Part shown: in pieces, positions 19,702-20,000 of the stretch | How the letters are laid out: the number at the start of each line of letters is the position of its first letter | Position numbering within the stretch: the first letter of the stretch is position 1 | Made by a program: the position numbers and the translations under genes | Notes under the pieces: model-generated | What the model was told of the DNA's origin: nothing | Databases searched by the model: none | The model's input: the letters and a program-made list of their open reading frames with translations, nothing else | From: Chiloscyllium plagiosum | Lineage: Eukaryota | DNA: 20,000 nt | Assembly: GCF_004010195.1 (NCBI RefSeq) | Contig: NC_057718.1 | Span: 73,248,340 to 73,268,339, forward strand | Reading direction: 5' to 3'

Positions 19702-20000
19702 AGACTGAGGAAGTCATGGATACCACGTTTACCAAGCTGGTCACATCACCAGGAAGGGCTAAACAGACAGAGAGGAATACGGTGACCACCAGGAAGATGA
19801 GTAAGCGTTAGCAGGCAGTGCAGGAGACCCTGTGGCCATCCCCCTCATACACAGGTACACTGATTTGGATATGTTTTGGGAGGGGTGGGGGCTGGGAATG
19901 GCCTCTCAGTGGAAAGCAGCAGCAGCAGCAGCAGCCAATGTAATGACACCATGACCGGCTCTGTTGTACAGCAGGGAGGGTCGATGTGTAGGTGAGCTGT
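19701..20000 (+). mobile_element. CR1 ORF1 middle fragment, runs off the window
   Basis: ETEEVMDTTFTKLVT...VTTRK...QAVQET / VAIPLIHRYTDLD resembles the region between coiled coil and esterase in CR1 ORF1. Confidence 0.7.
19915..19935 (+). repeat. (AGC)7 microsatellite
   Basis: agcagcagcagcagcagcagc read directly. Confidence 0.9.

Noticed and set aside
13847..20000. Final CGA coding exon (NHTxCxCSTCYYHK)
   Set aside because: No matching codons found by eye on the + strand; it presumably lies downstream of the window.

Overview
Eukaryotic (vertebrate) genomic DNA, very probably from a cartilaginous fish. That is inferred from HER1/CR1-type LINEs and HE1-like tRNA-derived SINEs sharing a 3' end; the species cannot be determined. 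The window lies inside the glycoprotein hormone alpha-subunit gene (CGA, + strand), which the ORF track misses. Two coding exons are present: 3622-3721 (signal peptide + FPEVEAAIP-G) and 13662-13846 (GCPDC...CCVAKLFSR), separated by a 9.94 kb intron. The last coding exon and the presumed non-coding first exon were not found in the window. Most of the rest is nested, decayed retrotransposons: many CR1/HER1 LINE pieces (one retaining ORF1 zinc finger + SGNH esterase), a second CR1/L2-type LINE, a Rex1/Babar fragment, three SINEs and seven Penelope-like (PLE) remnants. The most unusual structures are four PLE-derived fold-back (palindromic) inserts. Each has a 10-15 bp target-site duplication and a 26-36 nt unpaired tail, and most carry minimal hammerhead-ribozyme motifs. 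Nearly all ORFs in the supplied track are transposon remnants or spurious. No clearly novel protein-coding system is evident.
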